Of a DNA stretch of 64,000 nucleotides, positions 16,632-26,213 are shown piece by piece. The position numbers and the translations under genes are program-made. This stretch comes from an uncultured Armatimonadetes bacterium. Lineage in GTDB: Bacteria > Armatimonadota > Hebobacteria > Hebobacterales > Hebobacteraceae. Each line of letters begins with the position of its first letter. Within the stretch, counting starts at the first letter, position 1. The stretch is from positions 4,256,001-4,320,000 of the forward strand of contig OY970296.1 in assembly GCA_963716175.1 (NCBI GenBank), read 5' to 3'. The notes beneath the pieces are model-generated. The model worked only from the letters and a program-made list of their open reading frames with translations. It was not told the origin of the DNA and searched no databases.

Positions 16632-16659
16632 CAGGCGGCCGGGGACCGGGGGGAGGGAA

Positions 16660-17496
16660 ATGGTCGGTGACTTGAGGATGGTGTGGGAGACGCTGCGGGA
16701 GAACTTCACCGCACTCTCCGTGCTCGATATCATCCTGGTGACAGTGGCGATCTACTATGTGCTGCGGCTGCTCCGGGGCACCCGCGCCATCCAGCTGATC
16801 AAGGGTCTGCTCATCCTCGGCGTCCTGATCGTGTTCACGGGTGGGCTGAATCTCTCCACTTTCAACTGGCTGCTGAAGCAGGCCTTGCTGCCCGGGGTGA
16901 TCGCGCTCATCATCCTGTTCCAGCCGGAACTGCGGCTGGCCCTGGAGCAGATCGGCAGAGGCCATATCCTGGGGGCCGGCCTGACCTCGCTGCGGCGAGA
17001 GCAGATCACCCGACTGGTGGACGAGCTGGTGCACAGCGGGCGCCAGCTCTCGCGGGAGCGCATAGGCGGGCTCATCGTGCTGGAGCGAGAGGTGGGGCTG
17101 AACGACGTGATCGAAACCGGCCGGCGGCTGGAGGCGCTGGCCTCGGCCGACCTGCTGCGCACCATCTTCTACCCCGGCACTCCTCTGCACGATCTGGCCA
17201 CGGTGATCCGGGGGGACCGGGTAGTGGCGGCAGGGTGCTTGCTGCCGCTGACCGAGCGGCGCGATGTCCGCGGTCTGCTGGGCACGCGCCACCGCGCGGC
17301 GTTGGGGCTGAGCGAGACCACGGACGCGGTGGTGATCGTGGTGTCAGAGGAAACCGGAGGCATCTCGCTGGCGGTGGACGGTAGGCTTTACAGCAATCTC
17401 ACGCCCGACGCGCTGAGGCAGCAGCTACTGGGCATCCTGTCACCCGCGCCGCGTACGCCGCGGCTGCGGTTGGGAAGGCGCGGGCATGCTGCATAG
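16660..17496 (+). CDS. cdaA: diadenylate cyclase CdaA
   Basis: Three N-terminal TM helices, FQPELR, GTRHRAA, VSEETG; DGA motif reads DLA. Confidence 0.9.
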   Translation: MVGDLRMVWETLRENFTALSVLDIILVTVAIYYVLRLLRGTRAIQLIKGLLILGVLIVFTGGLNLSTFNWLLKQALLPGVIALIILFQPELRLALEQIGRGHILGAGLTSLRREQITRLVDELVHSGRQLSRERIGGLIVLEREVGLNDVIETGRRLEALASADLLRTIFYPGTPLHDLATVIRGDRVVAAGCLLPLTERRDVRGLLGTRHRAALGLSETTDAVVIVVSEETGGISLAVDGRLYSNLTPDALRQQLLGILSPAPRTPRLRLGRRGHAA

Positions 17497-17935
17497 GAAC
17501 CTGGCCCTCAAGATAGCGGCCGTGCTGCTCGCCGTCTTCCTCTGGTTCTGGGTGACCATGAATGAGCGCGGGGCGCGCCAGATCGGCCAGTTTGAGCCAA
17601 GGGCGCCGGCCTCACCGAGGGTGGCCGCCCGCACGGTCGCGGTCGTGCTCCAGACGGAGGGAGCGCTGCCCCCGGGTGTGAAGCTGATTGGAGCCCAGGT
17701 GGAGCCACCGATGGTGACGGTCATCGGGTCGGTTCTCAGCGTGAGCCGGGTGGAGGAGATTCGGACTGCCAGGCTGGACCTGCGGGGGGCCTCGGGCAGC
17801 TTCACCAGGGCGGTGCCGCTGGTGGTACCCAGGGGGATCCAGGTGCCCAACACCACCGCAGTGAAGGTGACCGTGACGCTGGAGAGAGCGGAAGCCGGCC
17901 CTCTATCCTCGGCCCCTCCATCGGCAGGAGGGTGA
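17486..17935 (+). CDS. cdaR: short CdaR/YbbR-like regulator (TM helix + one YbbR-like domain)
   Basis: NLALKIAAVLLAVFLWFWV start typical of CdaR; VEPPMVTVIG; overlaps cdaA. Confidence 0.7.
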   Translation: MLHRNLALKIAAVLLAVFLWFWVTMNERGARQIGQFEPRAPASPRVAARTVAVVLQTEGALPPGVKLIGAQVEPPMVTVIGSVLSVSRVEEIRTARLDLRGASGSFTRAVPLVVPRGIQVPNTTAVKVTVTLERAEAGPLSSAPPSAGG

Positions 17936-17939
17936 GGGT

Positions 17940-19886
17940 TTAGCTCACCTTGGCGCCGGTGGGCAGGGGCCGCTCCGGCGTCACCAGCGTGATGCTCCGG
18001 TCATCACCTTTGACCCAGCCGGCGAGCAGCATGCCCTCGGAGCGAACCCCCCGGATGGTGGCCGGTTCCAGGTTGGCCACGACTACCACCTTCTTGCCGA
18101 CCAGCTCTTGAGGCTGATAGGAGAGGGCGATGCCGGCCACCATGGTGCGGACCTCACCGCCGATGTCTACCGACAGCTTGAGCAGCTTGTCGGCCCCGGC
18201 CACTTTCTCGGCCGCCACCACCTCACCGACTCGCAGGTCGAGCTGCTGGAACTCCCTGATGGAGATGATCTCGGTTGGCATCGGCTTCTCCTGTACCTCT
18301 GCGGTAGCTGACCTGCGGCCCGCCCTGCGGGATTCAGGGCGAGGGAAGATCGGCGCGGCCTCGCCGATGAGCTGGCCGGCGGGCAGCAGGCCCCATTGGC
18401 TGGCTTGCTCCCAGCGGCGCTGCCACCCGGCCAGGCCCAACTGCCTTTCGATCTCGTCGGCGGTGTTGGGCATGACAGGGGAGATGAGGACGGCCGCGAT
18501 GCGGATCGCTTCCGCGGCGCGGTAGAGGACGCGGTCGAGCGCGGCCTGCTCGCCCTGCTTCGCCAGGCTCCAGGGGGCCTGATGGTCCACGAAGCGGTTG
18601 GCCTCCGCCAGGAAGCTCCAGATGGCGCGCAGACCGGCGCTGAAGTCGAGCGTCTCCAGCGCCGTCTCCCACCCCTGCACCGCGGCCCGGGCGGCGGCCT
18701 GCAGCGCGGCCTCGGGAGGAGAGACCGCCGGGAGCCGCCCCTCGCGGTACCGCGCGATCATGGGCAGGACGCGGTTGAGCAGATTGCCGAGGTCGTTGGC
18801 CAGATCGTCGGCGTACCGGCGCAGCAGCCCCTCCACCACGAAATCGCCGTCTTGCCCGAAGGTCATCTCCCGCAGCTCGTAGTAGCGCAGCGCGTCCACC
18901 GCGCGCTCCTGGGTGCAGCCGGTTTCGGCCATCACCCTCTCCAGCACCGACTCGGGCCGCGGTGGTCGGACGCTGCGCGACTTGCTGATCTTCTCCCCGG
19001 CCGAGGTCCAGTAGCCGTGGGCCGCCATCTGCCTGGGCAGCGGCAGCCCTGCGGACATCAACATCGCCGGCCAGAGGGTGGCGTGGAAGCGGGTGAAGAT
19101 GTCTTTTGCCATCATGTGCAGGTCGGCGGGCCAGAACTTCGTGAAGCTCTCGGTGTCGTCCGGGTACCCGGCGCAGGTGAGGTAGTTCACCAGCGCGTCG
19201 GCCCACACATAGATCACCAACCCCTCGGAATGCGGGATGGAGGCGGGAAGCGGGATCCCCCAGGCCGCGCGCCGCGTGATACAGACATCTCGGAGCCCGC
19301 CCCGGATGAAGCTCACCACCTCGTTCTTGCGGAACTCCGGGATCAGCCAGTTCGGGTTGGTTTCGATGTGCTGGAGGAGGCGGTCGCTGTAGGCGGAGAA
19401 GCGGAAGAAGTAGGCGGGTTCGCTCACCCACTCCACCGGGCGGCCACACTCGGGGTTGGGGCAGCGGCCGTCTATGAGGTCGGTCTCCGCGAAGAAGGTC
19501 TCGTCGGGCACGCAGTACCACCCTTCGTAGCTGCCCGGGTAGAGATCGCCCTTCTGGTGGATGGTCTCGAAGAAGCGCTGGACGGCGTGGAACTGGCGTG
19601 GCTCGGTGGTACGGATGAAGTCGTCGTAGGCGACGTTGAGTCTACGCCAGTCCTCCACGAACTGGGCCGCTATCCGGTCGGCATATGCCTTCGGGTCCAC
19701 GCCGGCCTGCTCCGCCAGGCGCAGCACCCGCACTGCGTGCTCATCGGTGCCGGTGGTGAACAGCACCTCATCGCCCCGCAGGCGGTGATAGCGCGCCAGC
19801 GTGTCGCAGGCGATGGTGGTGTAGGCCGTCCCAACCGTGGGGACGTCATTGACATAGTAGATCGGCGTGGTGACGTAGAACTTCAC
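17940..19886 (-). CDS. metG: methionine--tRNA ligase with C-terminal tRNA-binding domain
   Basis: FYVTTPIYYVN, TGTDEH, YEGWYC, YVWADAL, KISKS, NLEP...GVRSEGM. Confidence 0.96.
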   Translation of the reverse strand: MKFYVTTPIYYVNDVPTVGTAYTTIACDTLARYHRLRGDEVLFTTGTDEHAVRVLRLAEQAGVDPKAYADRIAAQFVEDWRRLNVAYDDFIRTTEPRQFHAVQRFFETIHQKGDLYPGSYEGWYCVPDETFFAETDLIDGRCPNPECGRPVEWVSEPAYFFRFSAYSDRLLQHIETNPNWLIPEFRKNEVVSFIRGGLRDVCITRRAAWGIPLPASIPHSEGLVIYVWADALVNYLTCAGYPDDTESFTKFWPADLHMMAKDIFTRFHATLWPAMLMSAGLPLPRQMAAHGYWTSAGEKISKSRSVRPPRPESVLERVMAETGCTQERAVDALRYYELREMTFGQDGDFVVEGLLRRYADDLANDLGNLLNRVLPMIARYREGRLPAVSPPEAALQAAARAAVQGWETALETLDFSAGLRAIWSFLAEANRFVDHQAPWSLAKQGEQAALDRVLYRAAEAIRIAAVLISPVMPNTADEIERQLGLAGWQRRWEQASQWGLLPAGQLIGEAAPIFPRPESRRAGRRSATAEVQEKPMPTEIISIREFQQLDLRVGEVVAAEKVAGADKLLKLSVDIGGEVRTMVAGIALSYQPQELVGKKVVVVANLEPATIRGVRSEGMLLAGWVKGDDRSITLVTPERPLPTGAKVS

Positions 19887-19926
19887 CCAGGAGACTCCAG
19901 TTCAGTTGCCCGCGCGCCGGGCGGTC

Positions 19927-20154
19927 TCAGTGGCAGTGGGCGCAGCTACTCGCGGTGCAGGAGCTGCAACTGGAGCCCGAAAGGGCCTTGCTGGAGGACC
20001 CCCCGGCCACCCGCGCCGAGAACACAGACATGATGCGGCGCATCTTATGCCCGCCACAAGATGGACAGACGAGGCCTTTGCCGTTGACACCCACCCGGCA
20101 GAGGCACTGCATCACCTGATGGCACTTCTCACACCGAAACTCATAAAGGGGCAC
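19927..20154 (-). CDS. FmdB-family zinc-ribbon protein
   Basis: MPLYEFRCEKC...CPSCG, C-terminal CSSCTASSCAHCH. Confidence 0.88.
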   Translation of the reverse strand: MPLYEFRCEKCHQVMQCLCRVGVNGKGLVCPSCGGHKMRRIMSVFSARVAGGSSSKALSGSSCSSCTASSCAHCH

Positions 20155-20194
20155 GTATCCGCCCTCCAGATCGTCAAAAAGGCATCACAAGGCT

Positions 20195-20224
20195 AATATA
20201 CCACCGGGCCTTTGCGGGTGTCAA
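20195..20224 (-). promoter_or_regulatory. sigma70-type promoter of fmdB-metG
   Basis: TTGACA-18 nt-TATATT with extended TG on the minus strand. Confidence 0.65.
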
Positions 20225-20283
20225 CGGTTTGTGCGAACGGCCAACACCAATCCACAGATTACGCAGATGGCGCAGATTGCCAT

Positions 20284-21480
20284 TCAGTCCAGCAGGTCGG
20301 CAGCGCGGATGCGGAAGGACATGGGAGGGCACTCGCCGACAGTCTGAACCCCGGGGCGGTCTAGCACTGGCCTGGCTGACGACGAATCGAGGGCGCAGTC
20401 GCCCAGGATGAACACGGGACCAGAGGCTGGGTCCGGAACGGACGGCTCCTTGCCCACCACCAGGGCCAGGGGGTGGCTGGCGTCGAGCAGCCCTTCTTTC
20501 TTGAGGCGATCCAGGCCGCGCCTGATGTAGTAGGAGCAGGAGCGGCAGTAGTCTCCCCCGTAGACCTTGAGCCCCGGGAACTTCGCCTCGGACAGCTCAA
20601 TGTCCGGTTTGGCGAAGGGCCGCCGGACGGCGGCGATGCTCTCACCGACAACCTGGATCTTCGCGAGGTCGGCTTCCCCGAGGCCGCGCTGGCCGGCGAT
20701 GCGGGTAGTGTCAACTTCGCCCGGCGCGAAGCCCATCACCGCCTCAGCCACGGCATCCAACGCCACCGCGTCGCGGCTGGCCAGGATCAGCCCCATGTCC
20801 ACGGGCCGGCCTTCATCCGCGTGATCGGCCTCCTGCCCCACCAGCGCATCAAGAAGGTTCAGGTCCGGCCGGCGCACCAGCAGCAGATCGGTGAGCTTGC
20901 GAGCCAGGGCCACCTCCCGATAGCAGTGCTGATAGAGCTTATCGTCGTCAGAGACGATGCCGTGGAGGTTCTTGATCGCCAGGGTGGTGAGGGTGAGGCT
21001 GTGAATCTTCATCACCGGCAGGTTGATGAGGACATCGGCCTCCAGGATGGTGCGGGGAACGTGCGCCGTGTGGAGGATGTCTGCGCCCGGCACCTCGACT
21101 TCCCGGAACTCATCCTCCTCCAGGTAGACAATCTCGAAGCCAGCTTCCTCCACGGCCTGGCTCATGCCGACCACGTGGAAGCAGTCGCGAGTGGTGTTGT
21201 TGCCATGGCGATAGCGGGCGGTGGAGACGCTGCGGCCCTCGGCCACGATCACCCGCTGCGCGCCGGCCTCCCTCGCCAACTCCCCCGCTGCCACCACCAC
21301 CCGCGGATCAGTGGTGGTCGGCGCGGGCCGGGGGCAGAAAACATTGGGCTTGAGGACTACGGTCTGGCCCGCGACCAGCTCAGCGAGGTCGCAGACGGCC
21401 GCAATGGCCTGGGCGACCGCGGCGCGGATGGCGGCGGGGTCGGTGAGGGAGCGAGAGCGGACTATCGAGACCTGTGGCAT
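20284..21480 (-). CDS. DUF362 domain protein (putative Fe-S protein)
   Basis: VVLKPN, TTDP, INLPVMKIH, TLAIKNLHG, DAVALD, C-terminal CRSC. Confidence 0.85.
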   Translation of the reverse strand: MPQVSIVRSRSLTDPAAIRAAVAQAIAAVCDLAELVAGQTVVLKPNVFCPRPAPTTTDPRVVVAAGELAREAGAQRVIVAEGRSVSTARYRHGNNTTRDCFHVVGMSQAVEEAGFEIVYLEEDEFREVEVPGADILHTAHVPRTILEADVLINLPVMKIHSLTLTTLAIKNLHGIVSDDDKLYQHCYREVALARKLTDLLLVRRPDLNLLDALVGQEADHADEGRPVDMGLILASRDAVALDAVAEAVMGFAPGEVDTTRIAGQRGLGEADLAKIQVVGESIAAVRRPFAKPDIELSEAKFPGLKVYGGDYCRSCSYYIRRGLDRLKKEGLLDASHPLALVVGKEPSVPDPASGPVFILGDCALDSSSARPVLDRPGVQTVGECPPMSFRIRAADLLD

Positions 21481-21507
21481 CAAGACTCCTTGTCAACGGC
21501 AACTGCC

Positions 21508-21667
21508 GGGAGCCCGCAGACTCGTGCTACGTAGCGAAGCTACTTCGCAGAGTAGCAGGGGCTCCCCTACGAACGCCTCCGGCGGGCATGCGGTCCTGCT
21601 TCGCCAAGGCTTCGCAGGACAAGCGAAATGCCCGCCCTACCCCCCTTCGCCGAGGCTACGGGGGGCA
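21508..21667. repeat. composite of nested REP-like palindromes
   Basis: GGGAGCCC...GGGGCTCCC-CTAC encloses CTCGTGCTACGTAGCGAAGCTACTTCGCAGAGTAGCAG; GGCGGGCAT...ATGCCCGCC-CTAC encloses GTCCTGCTTCGCCAAGGCTTCGCAGGAC; then CCCCCCTTCGCCGAGGCTACGGGGGGC. Confidence 0.8.
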
Positions 21668-22734
21668 AGCATCTTCGCCGTGATCGCCTCCGCCATCTCC
21701 TTCGTGCCCACTGCGGTCGGGTCGTCACGGTTCGGCTTGAGGTCATAGGTGACGGACTTGCCCTCGGCGATCACCGCGGCGACGGCGTGCTCAACGCGGT
21801 CGGCGGCCTGCGCTTCGCCGAGGTGGCGGAGCATGAGCACGCCGGAGAGGATGAGGGCGGTGGGGTTGACCTTGTTCTGACCGGCATACTTGGGGGCGGA
21901 GCCGTGGATGGCCTCGAAGAGCGCGATCTCATCGCCCATGTTCGCCCCGGGGGCCACGCCCAGGCCGCCCACCAATCCGGCGCAGAGATCGGAGAGGATG
22001 TCACCGTAGAGGTTGGGCATGACCAGCACGTCGTAGAGTTCTGGCTTCTGCACCAACTGCATGCACATGGCGTCCACCAGCCACTCGTCGTACTCGACCT
22101 TTCCTTCGTACTGCTTGGCCACCTCGCGGGCGGTGCGGAAGAAGAGGCCGTCGGTGGCCTTCATGATGTTGTCCTTGGCCACCGCGGTCACCTTGCGCCG
22201 GTGGTTGGCCAGGGCATAGTGAAAGGCGAAGTCCACGATGCGGGCAGAGGCGAAGGCGGAGATGGGCTTGATGGAGATGGCGGCATCCGGCCGGATGCGG
22301 CCGCCGGAAAGGGAGATGATCTGCCTCGCCTCAGCGCTGCCCTCCGCGAACTCCACCCCGGCGTACAAGTCTTCGGTATTCTCGCGCACCATCACCAAAT
22401 CAACGCCCTGGAAGCGGGTGCGCACACCTGGATAGTGCTTGCAGGGGCGGAGGCAGGCGTAGAGATCAAGCTCCTTGCGCAGGGCGACATTGACCGAGCG
22501 CATCCCGCCGCCGCGGGGAGTGGTGAGCGGACCCTTGAGCGCCACCTGGTTGCGGCGAATGGAATCCAGCACTCGCTCCGGCAGCGGAGTACCTTCCTTC
22601 TCCATCACTGCCAGGCCAGCTTCCTGCACCTCCCACTCGATCTGCGCTCCGCTGGCGTCGAGCACGCGGCGGGCGGCTTCGCTCAGCTCGGTTCCGACCC
22701 CATCGCCGGGGATGAGGGTGACGCGATGAGCCAT
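21637..22734 (-). CDS. icd: isocitrate/isopropylmalate dehydrogenase family protein (NAD-IDH-like)
   Basis: [48 protein letters not shown]. Confidence 0.85.
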   Translation of the reverse strand: MAHRVTLIPGDGVGTELSEAARRVLDASGAQIEWEVQEAGLAVMEKEGTPLPERVLDSIRRNQVALKGPLTTPRGGGMRSVNVALRKELDLYACLRPCKHYPGVRTRFQGVDLVMVRENTEDLYAGVEFAEGSAEARQIISLSGGRIRPDAAISIKPISAFASARIVDFAFHYALANHRRKVTAVAKDNIMKATDGLFFRTAREVAKQYEGKVEYDEWLVDAMCMQLVQKPELYDVLVMPNLYGDILSDLCAGLVGGLGVAPGANMGDEIALFEAIHGSAPKYAGQNKVNPTALILSGVLMLRHLGEAQAADRVEHAVAAVIAEGKSVTYDLKPNRDDPTAVGTKEMAEAITAKMLAPRSLGEGG

Positions 22735-22823
22735 AGTCGGATTCCCTCCAGGGGATGTCGCTCTGATTATAGCAGAAACGCACGGGCATTCGAGTAGCTG
22801 AACGGAATCGCCGGAAGGGCCGA

Positions 22824-22950
22824 GGCGGGCATGGGTCCCTAGGCCTGAAGGCCGGGATGTCCCTAGGCCCGACAGGGCCGGGATGGCGGCCGGCTCTGCC
22901 GGCCTAGCCAGCGGTCGCCCAATGGCAACCTAGCCACATGCCCGCCCTAC
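22824..22950. repeat. GTAG-type REP with four internal CTAGG hairpins
   Basis: GGCGGGCATG...CATGCCCGCCCTAC flanks two + copies of GTCCCTAGGCC..GGCCGGGAT and two inverted ..CCTAGCC units. Confidence 0.7.
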
Positions 22951-23022
22951 ACCGGCCGAGGAGCAGGATTTCGAGGGGCCACCGACCAATAACCTGGCAT
23001 CTATGCACACGGAGGATGCTCC

Positions 23023-24282
23023 ATGTTCGGACGTAGTCGAAGCTGGCTGCCCGTTATCTCGCTCGCACTGATACTGGTGGCGGCGGGCCTGGCCGGGGCG
23101 CGGCCCGCCGCGGACAGCGCCATCCTGTTCATCGGCGACGGCATGGGGCCGATGCAGGTCGAGCTGGGGGCCGCGGCGCGAGGCGAGCCGCTGGCGATAC
23201 AGCATATGCCCTACTCGGGCCTGGTCACCACGGTGGCGGTGAATGGCGAGGTGACCGACTCCGCGGCCGCCTCCACCGCGCTGTCAACAGGGCACAAGAC
23301 CGAGGATGGCATGCTGGGGATGGACCAGGACGAACGGAGACTCGGGACTATCCTGGAGCGGGCCCTGAAAGCGGGCAAGAGCGCGGGCATCATCACCAAT
23401 GACGCGCTCTGGGGGGCGACTCCGGCGGGATTTGCGGTGCATGTGCGAGACCGCGGGATGAGGGACCAGATTGCGCTGCAGATGGCGGAATCGGGCGCGC
23501 AGGTGATGATGGGGTTCGATAAGGAGGGATTCCTGCCCAAGTCGGCCGGCGGGGCACGGGAGGATGGACGAGACCTGCTGGCCGAACTGCAGAAGAAAGG
23601 CTATCAGATCGTTTACACGCCCGAAGAGTTGGCGCAGGCAAAAGGGGCGCGCCTGGTGGGGTTGTTCGATGATGCCCACCCGGCGACGCTGGATGAGATG
23701 GTGAAAGCCGCGCTGCCGCGGCTGTCCAGTAACGCCAGGGGATTCTTCCTGATGGTAGAGCAGGCGAGGGTGGACTGGAAGGAGGGGGACCCCTCGGGAG
23801 TGGCCCTGGATGTGATGGAGCTGGACAGAGCGGTGCAGGTCGCCCTCGATGATGCTCAGACCTGGGGCCGGACGCTGGTGGTGGTGACGGCCGACCACGA
23901 GACCGGAGACCTGCGGCTAGAGCGGCCCGGAGGGCTGAGCGTGCTGCGCCGGGCCAAGGGCTCGGCCGGGCAGATTGCCGAGCATCTGAACCAGGACCGC
24001 AGCAACATCGCGAAGGTGATGGCCGAAGAGGCGGGTCTCTCGGACCTGACGCCAGCGGAAGTGGATCAGATCAAGCAGGCCAAGGATCCGGAGGCGGCGA
24101 TCGGCGCGCTCCTGAGCCAGAGAGCTGGCATCAAATGGACGCTAGGACACACCGCCACCCCGGTGAAAGTGTTCGCGTTTGGGCCGGGGGCGGAGCGGTT
24201 CACCGGCGAGATGGACAACACCGACATCCCCAAGCGAATAGTGGAGACGCTGGGCCTGGGCCGGTTCTGGGAGACGCGATAG
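23023..24282 (+). CDS. alkaline phosphatase family protein, secreted
   Basis: Signal peptide, FIGDGMG, TDSAAA (catalytic Ser), ATPAGF, TADHETG, GHT, DNTDI. Confidence 0.88.
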   Translation: MFGRSRSWLPVISLALILVAAGLAGARPAADSAILFIGDGMGPMQVELGAAARGEPLAIQHMPYSGLVTTVAVNGEVTDSAAASTALSTGHKTEDGMLGMDQDERRLGTILERALKAGKSAGIITNDALWGATPAGFAVHVRDRGMRDQIALQMAESGAQVMMGFDKEGFLPKSAGGAREDGRDLLAELQKKGYQIVYTPEELAQAKGARLVGLFDDAHPATLDEMVKAALPRLSSNARGFFLMVEQARVDWKEGDPSGVALDVMELDRAVQVALDDAQTWGRTLVVVTADHETGDLRLERPGGLSVLRRAKGSAGQIAEHLNQDRSNIAKVMAEEAGLSDLTPAEVDQIKQAKDPEAAIGALLSQRAGIKWTLGHTATPVKVFAFGPGAERFTGEMDNTDIPKRIVETLGLGRFWETR

Positions 24283-25242
24283 TGAGAGTGCTAGTGGTGG
24301 GGGGCACGGCTTTCCTGGGCTCGTTCGTGGTGGACGAGCTGCTGCGGCGCAGGCACCAGGTGGCCGTGCTGGGCGCGGAGGCGGGGGAGTTCCGCGGCCC
24401 GGTAAGCCGGCTCGACGGGCTGCCTTCAGACGGGCGGGCGCTGCGCGAGGCCGTGGGTTCGTGGCAGCCGGAGGGTGTGATTGATCTCGTGCACGACGGC
24501 CCGGCTCAGGCTGCATCCGTGGCCGGGGCCTGCGCGGGGAGGGTGGCGCGGTCGGTCCACATCAGCAGTGGGGCGGTCTACGGGCGCAGCCCAGTCTGCC
24601 CGGTGGGTGAAGAGACAGAGGTGAGAGCTCAGGCCTCGGAAGAGGAGGCACAGATCGCGGCCGACATGCTGGTGCTGGGGGCGGCGGGACGGGGAGAGCT
24701 GCCGGCGGTCGTGATCAGGCTGGCCCACCTGTACGGCCCTCGCGACCCCCGGTGCGGTGAGTGGTTCTTCGCGCGGCGGGCACTGGAGAATCGCGCCCGC
24801 ATCGCGGTACCGGACGGAGGGCTGCATATCTGCCATCGGGGGTTCGTGCAGAATATGGCCTGGGGAATCGCGCAGGCGCTCTCTGCCCCGCGGCGCAGTC
24901 GGCCAGGTCTACAACCTGGGCGAAGAGAAGCTCTACACCCTGGCCCAGTTGGCTCTGGGCGTGGCGCGGGCGCTGGACTATAAGTGGGAGATCTACTCGG
25001 TACCGGGGAACCTCTGGTCTACGCCCTACGCGCACACCTCCTTCTTCGACCTGCGCAAGGCGAGGTCCCAGCTTCGCTATCAGGATCGCATGATCCCCCG
25101 GGATGGACTGGAGCTGACGCTGGCCTGGCTCTGTCAGAACCCGCGGGGAGAGGACTGGAGGTGGCCGGGGATCGAGCAGCCATTTGACTACCAGCGAGAA
25201 GATGAGCTGATCGATCGCTGTGGAGTGAGGCTGGAGGCCTGA
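24282..25242 (+). CDS. NAD-dependent epimerase/dehydratase, frameshifted near 24890
   Basis: VRVLVVGGTAFLG...ISSGAVYG...YGPRD in one frame, GAVGQVYNLGE... in the next. Confidence 0.75.
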
Positions 25243-26114
25243 GGAGGGCCTTGCCTCGCCTCCGCCAGAATCGCCAGCAGGTTGCGCATGCAGAGGTCGC
25301 TGGCATATTCGCCCGACTCGGAGAAGCCAGCGCCGCCGGGCCGGTTTAGCACCTCCTCTGCGAGCGCCTCGGGCCGCCAGTGGGTTTCCAGGGAGGCGTA
25401 GCCCTCGTACTCCTTCGTCAGCAGCTCGCCGAGCTGGCCCTTCCAGTCCACAGAACCATCCCCGACCGGGCAGATCGTGGCCTCGGTAGTGGCGGGGTCC
25501 CGGTACGCGTCCTTGACATGGAGATGGACCATCCAGGGCTCGACCAAGCGGTAGGCGTCCGGATAGGGGGTGATCCCGTCGCCGGCGTAGATCTCATTGC
25601 AGGGATCCCAGATCGCTTTCAAGGCGGAGGAGCCGATTTCCGTGATGAACTGTCTGGTCTCGGCGGCAGTAGCGCAGTAGGTGGAGGCCTCGTTTTCGAG
25701 CCCCAGGATCATCCCCTCCCCCTCGGCGATGGGCACGGCCGGCCGGAACTGCTGCTTGATGCGATCCCATACCGGTGCCGATGGCCCGCGCTTCCAGAAG
25801 GTGAAGAGCCGGATGATCCTGGTATCGAGCAGCTTGGCGGCGCGAATACACCTTCGCAGATAGTCCAGGTGCTCCCGCTGGGCGGCACTGTCGTCGAGTT
25901 CGCACTTGAAGACCGGGGAGGCAATGCAGGCCACACTCAGATTGTGGCCGGCCAGCATCGCCCGGACCCGCCCGAGCTCGTCGTCTGACAGGTCGTGGAC
26001 CTGCTTCTCCCAGACCGTGCGCAGCTCTACGCCGTCCAGGTTGAAGGGGAGCGCGAACCTGATCGCGGTTTCCAGATCCTGGGAGACCTCGTCCGTGAAC
26101 ACCGCAAGCTTCAT
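25188..26114 (-). CDS. sugar phosphate isomerase/epimerase (xylose-isomerase-like TIM barrel)
   Basis: FTDEV, GVELR, LENE, WDPCN, HLHVKD, SLETH metal ligands. Confidence 0.88.
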   Translation of the reverse strand: MKLAVFTDEVSQDLETAIRFALPFNLDGVELRTVWEKQVHDLSDDELGRVRAMLAGHNLSVACIASPVFKCELDDSAAQREHLDYLRRCIRAAKLLDTRIIRLFTFWKRGPSAPVWDRIKQQFRPAVPIAEGEGMILGLENEASTYCATAAETRQFITEIGSSALKAIWDPCNEIYAGDGITPYPDAYRLVEPWMVHLHVKDAYRDPATTEATICPVGDGSVDWKGQLGELLTKEYEGYASLETHWRPEALAEEVLNRPGGAGFSESGEYASDLCMRNLLAILAEARQGPPQASSLTPQRSISSSSRW

Positions 26115-26213
26115 CGCCTTGCCTCCTGCCGCTATCGCCTGGTGTTTCGCCCAGCGAGAGGCAGTACCTGCCGGCCGGCTCATCCTGCGGCGAGCGCTGC
26201 GCGCAGCCCGGCG

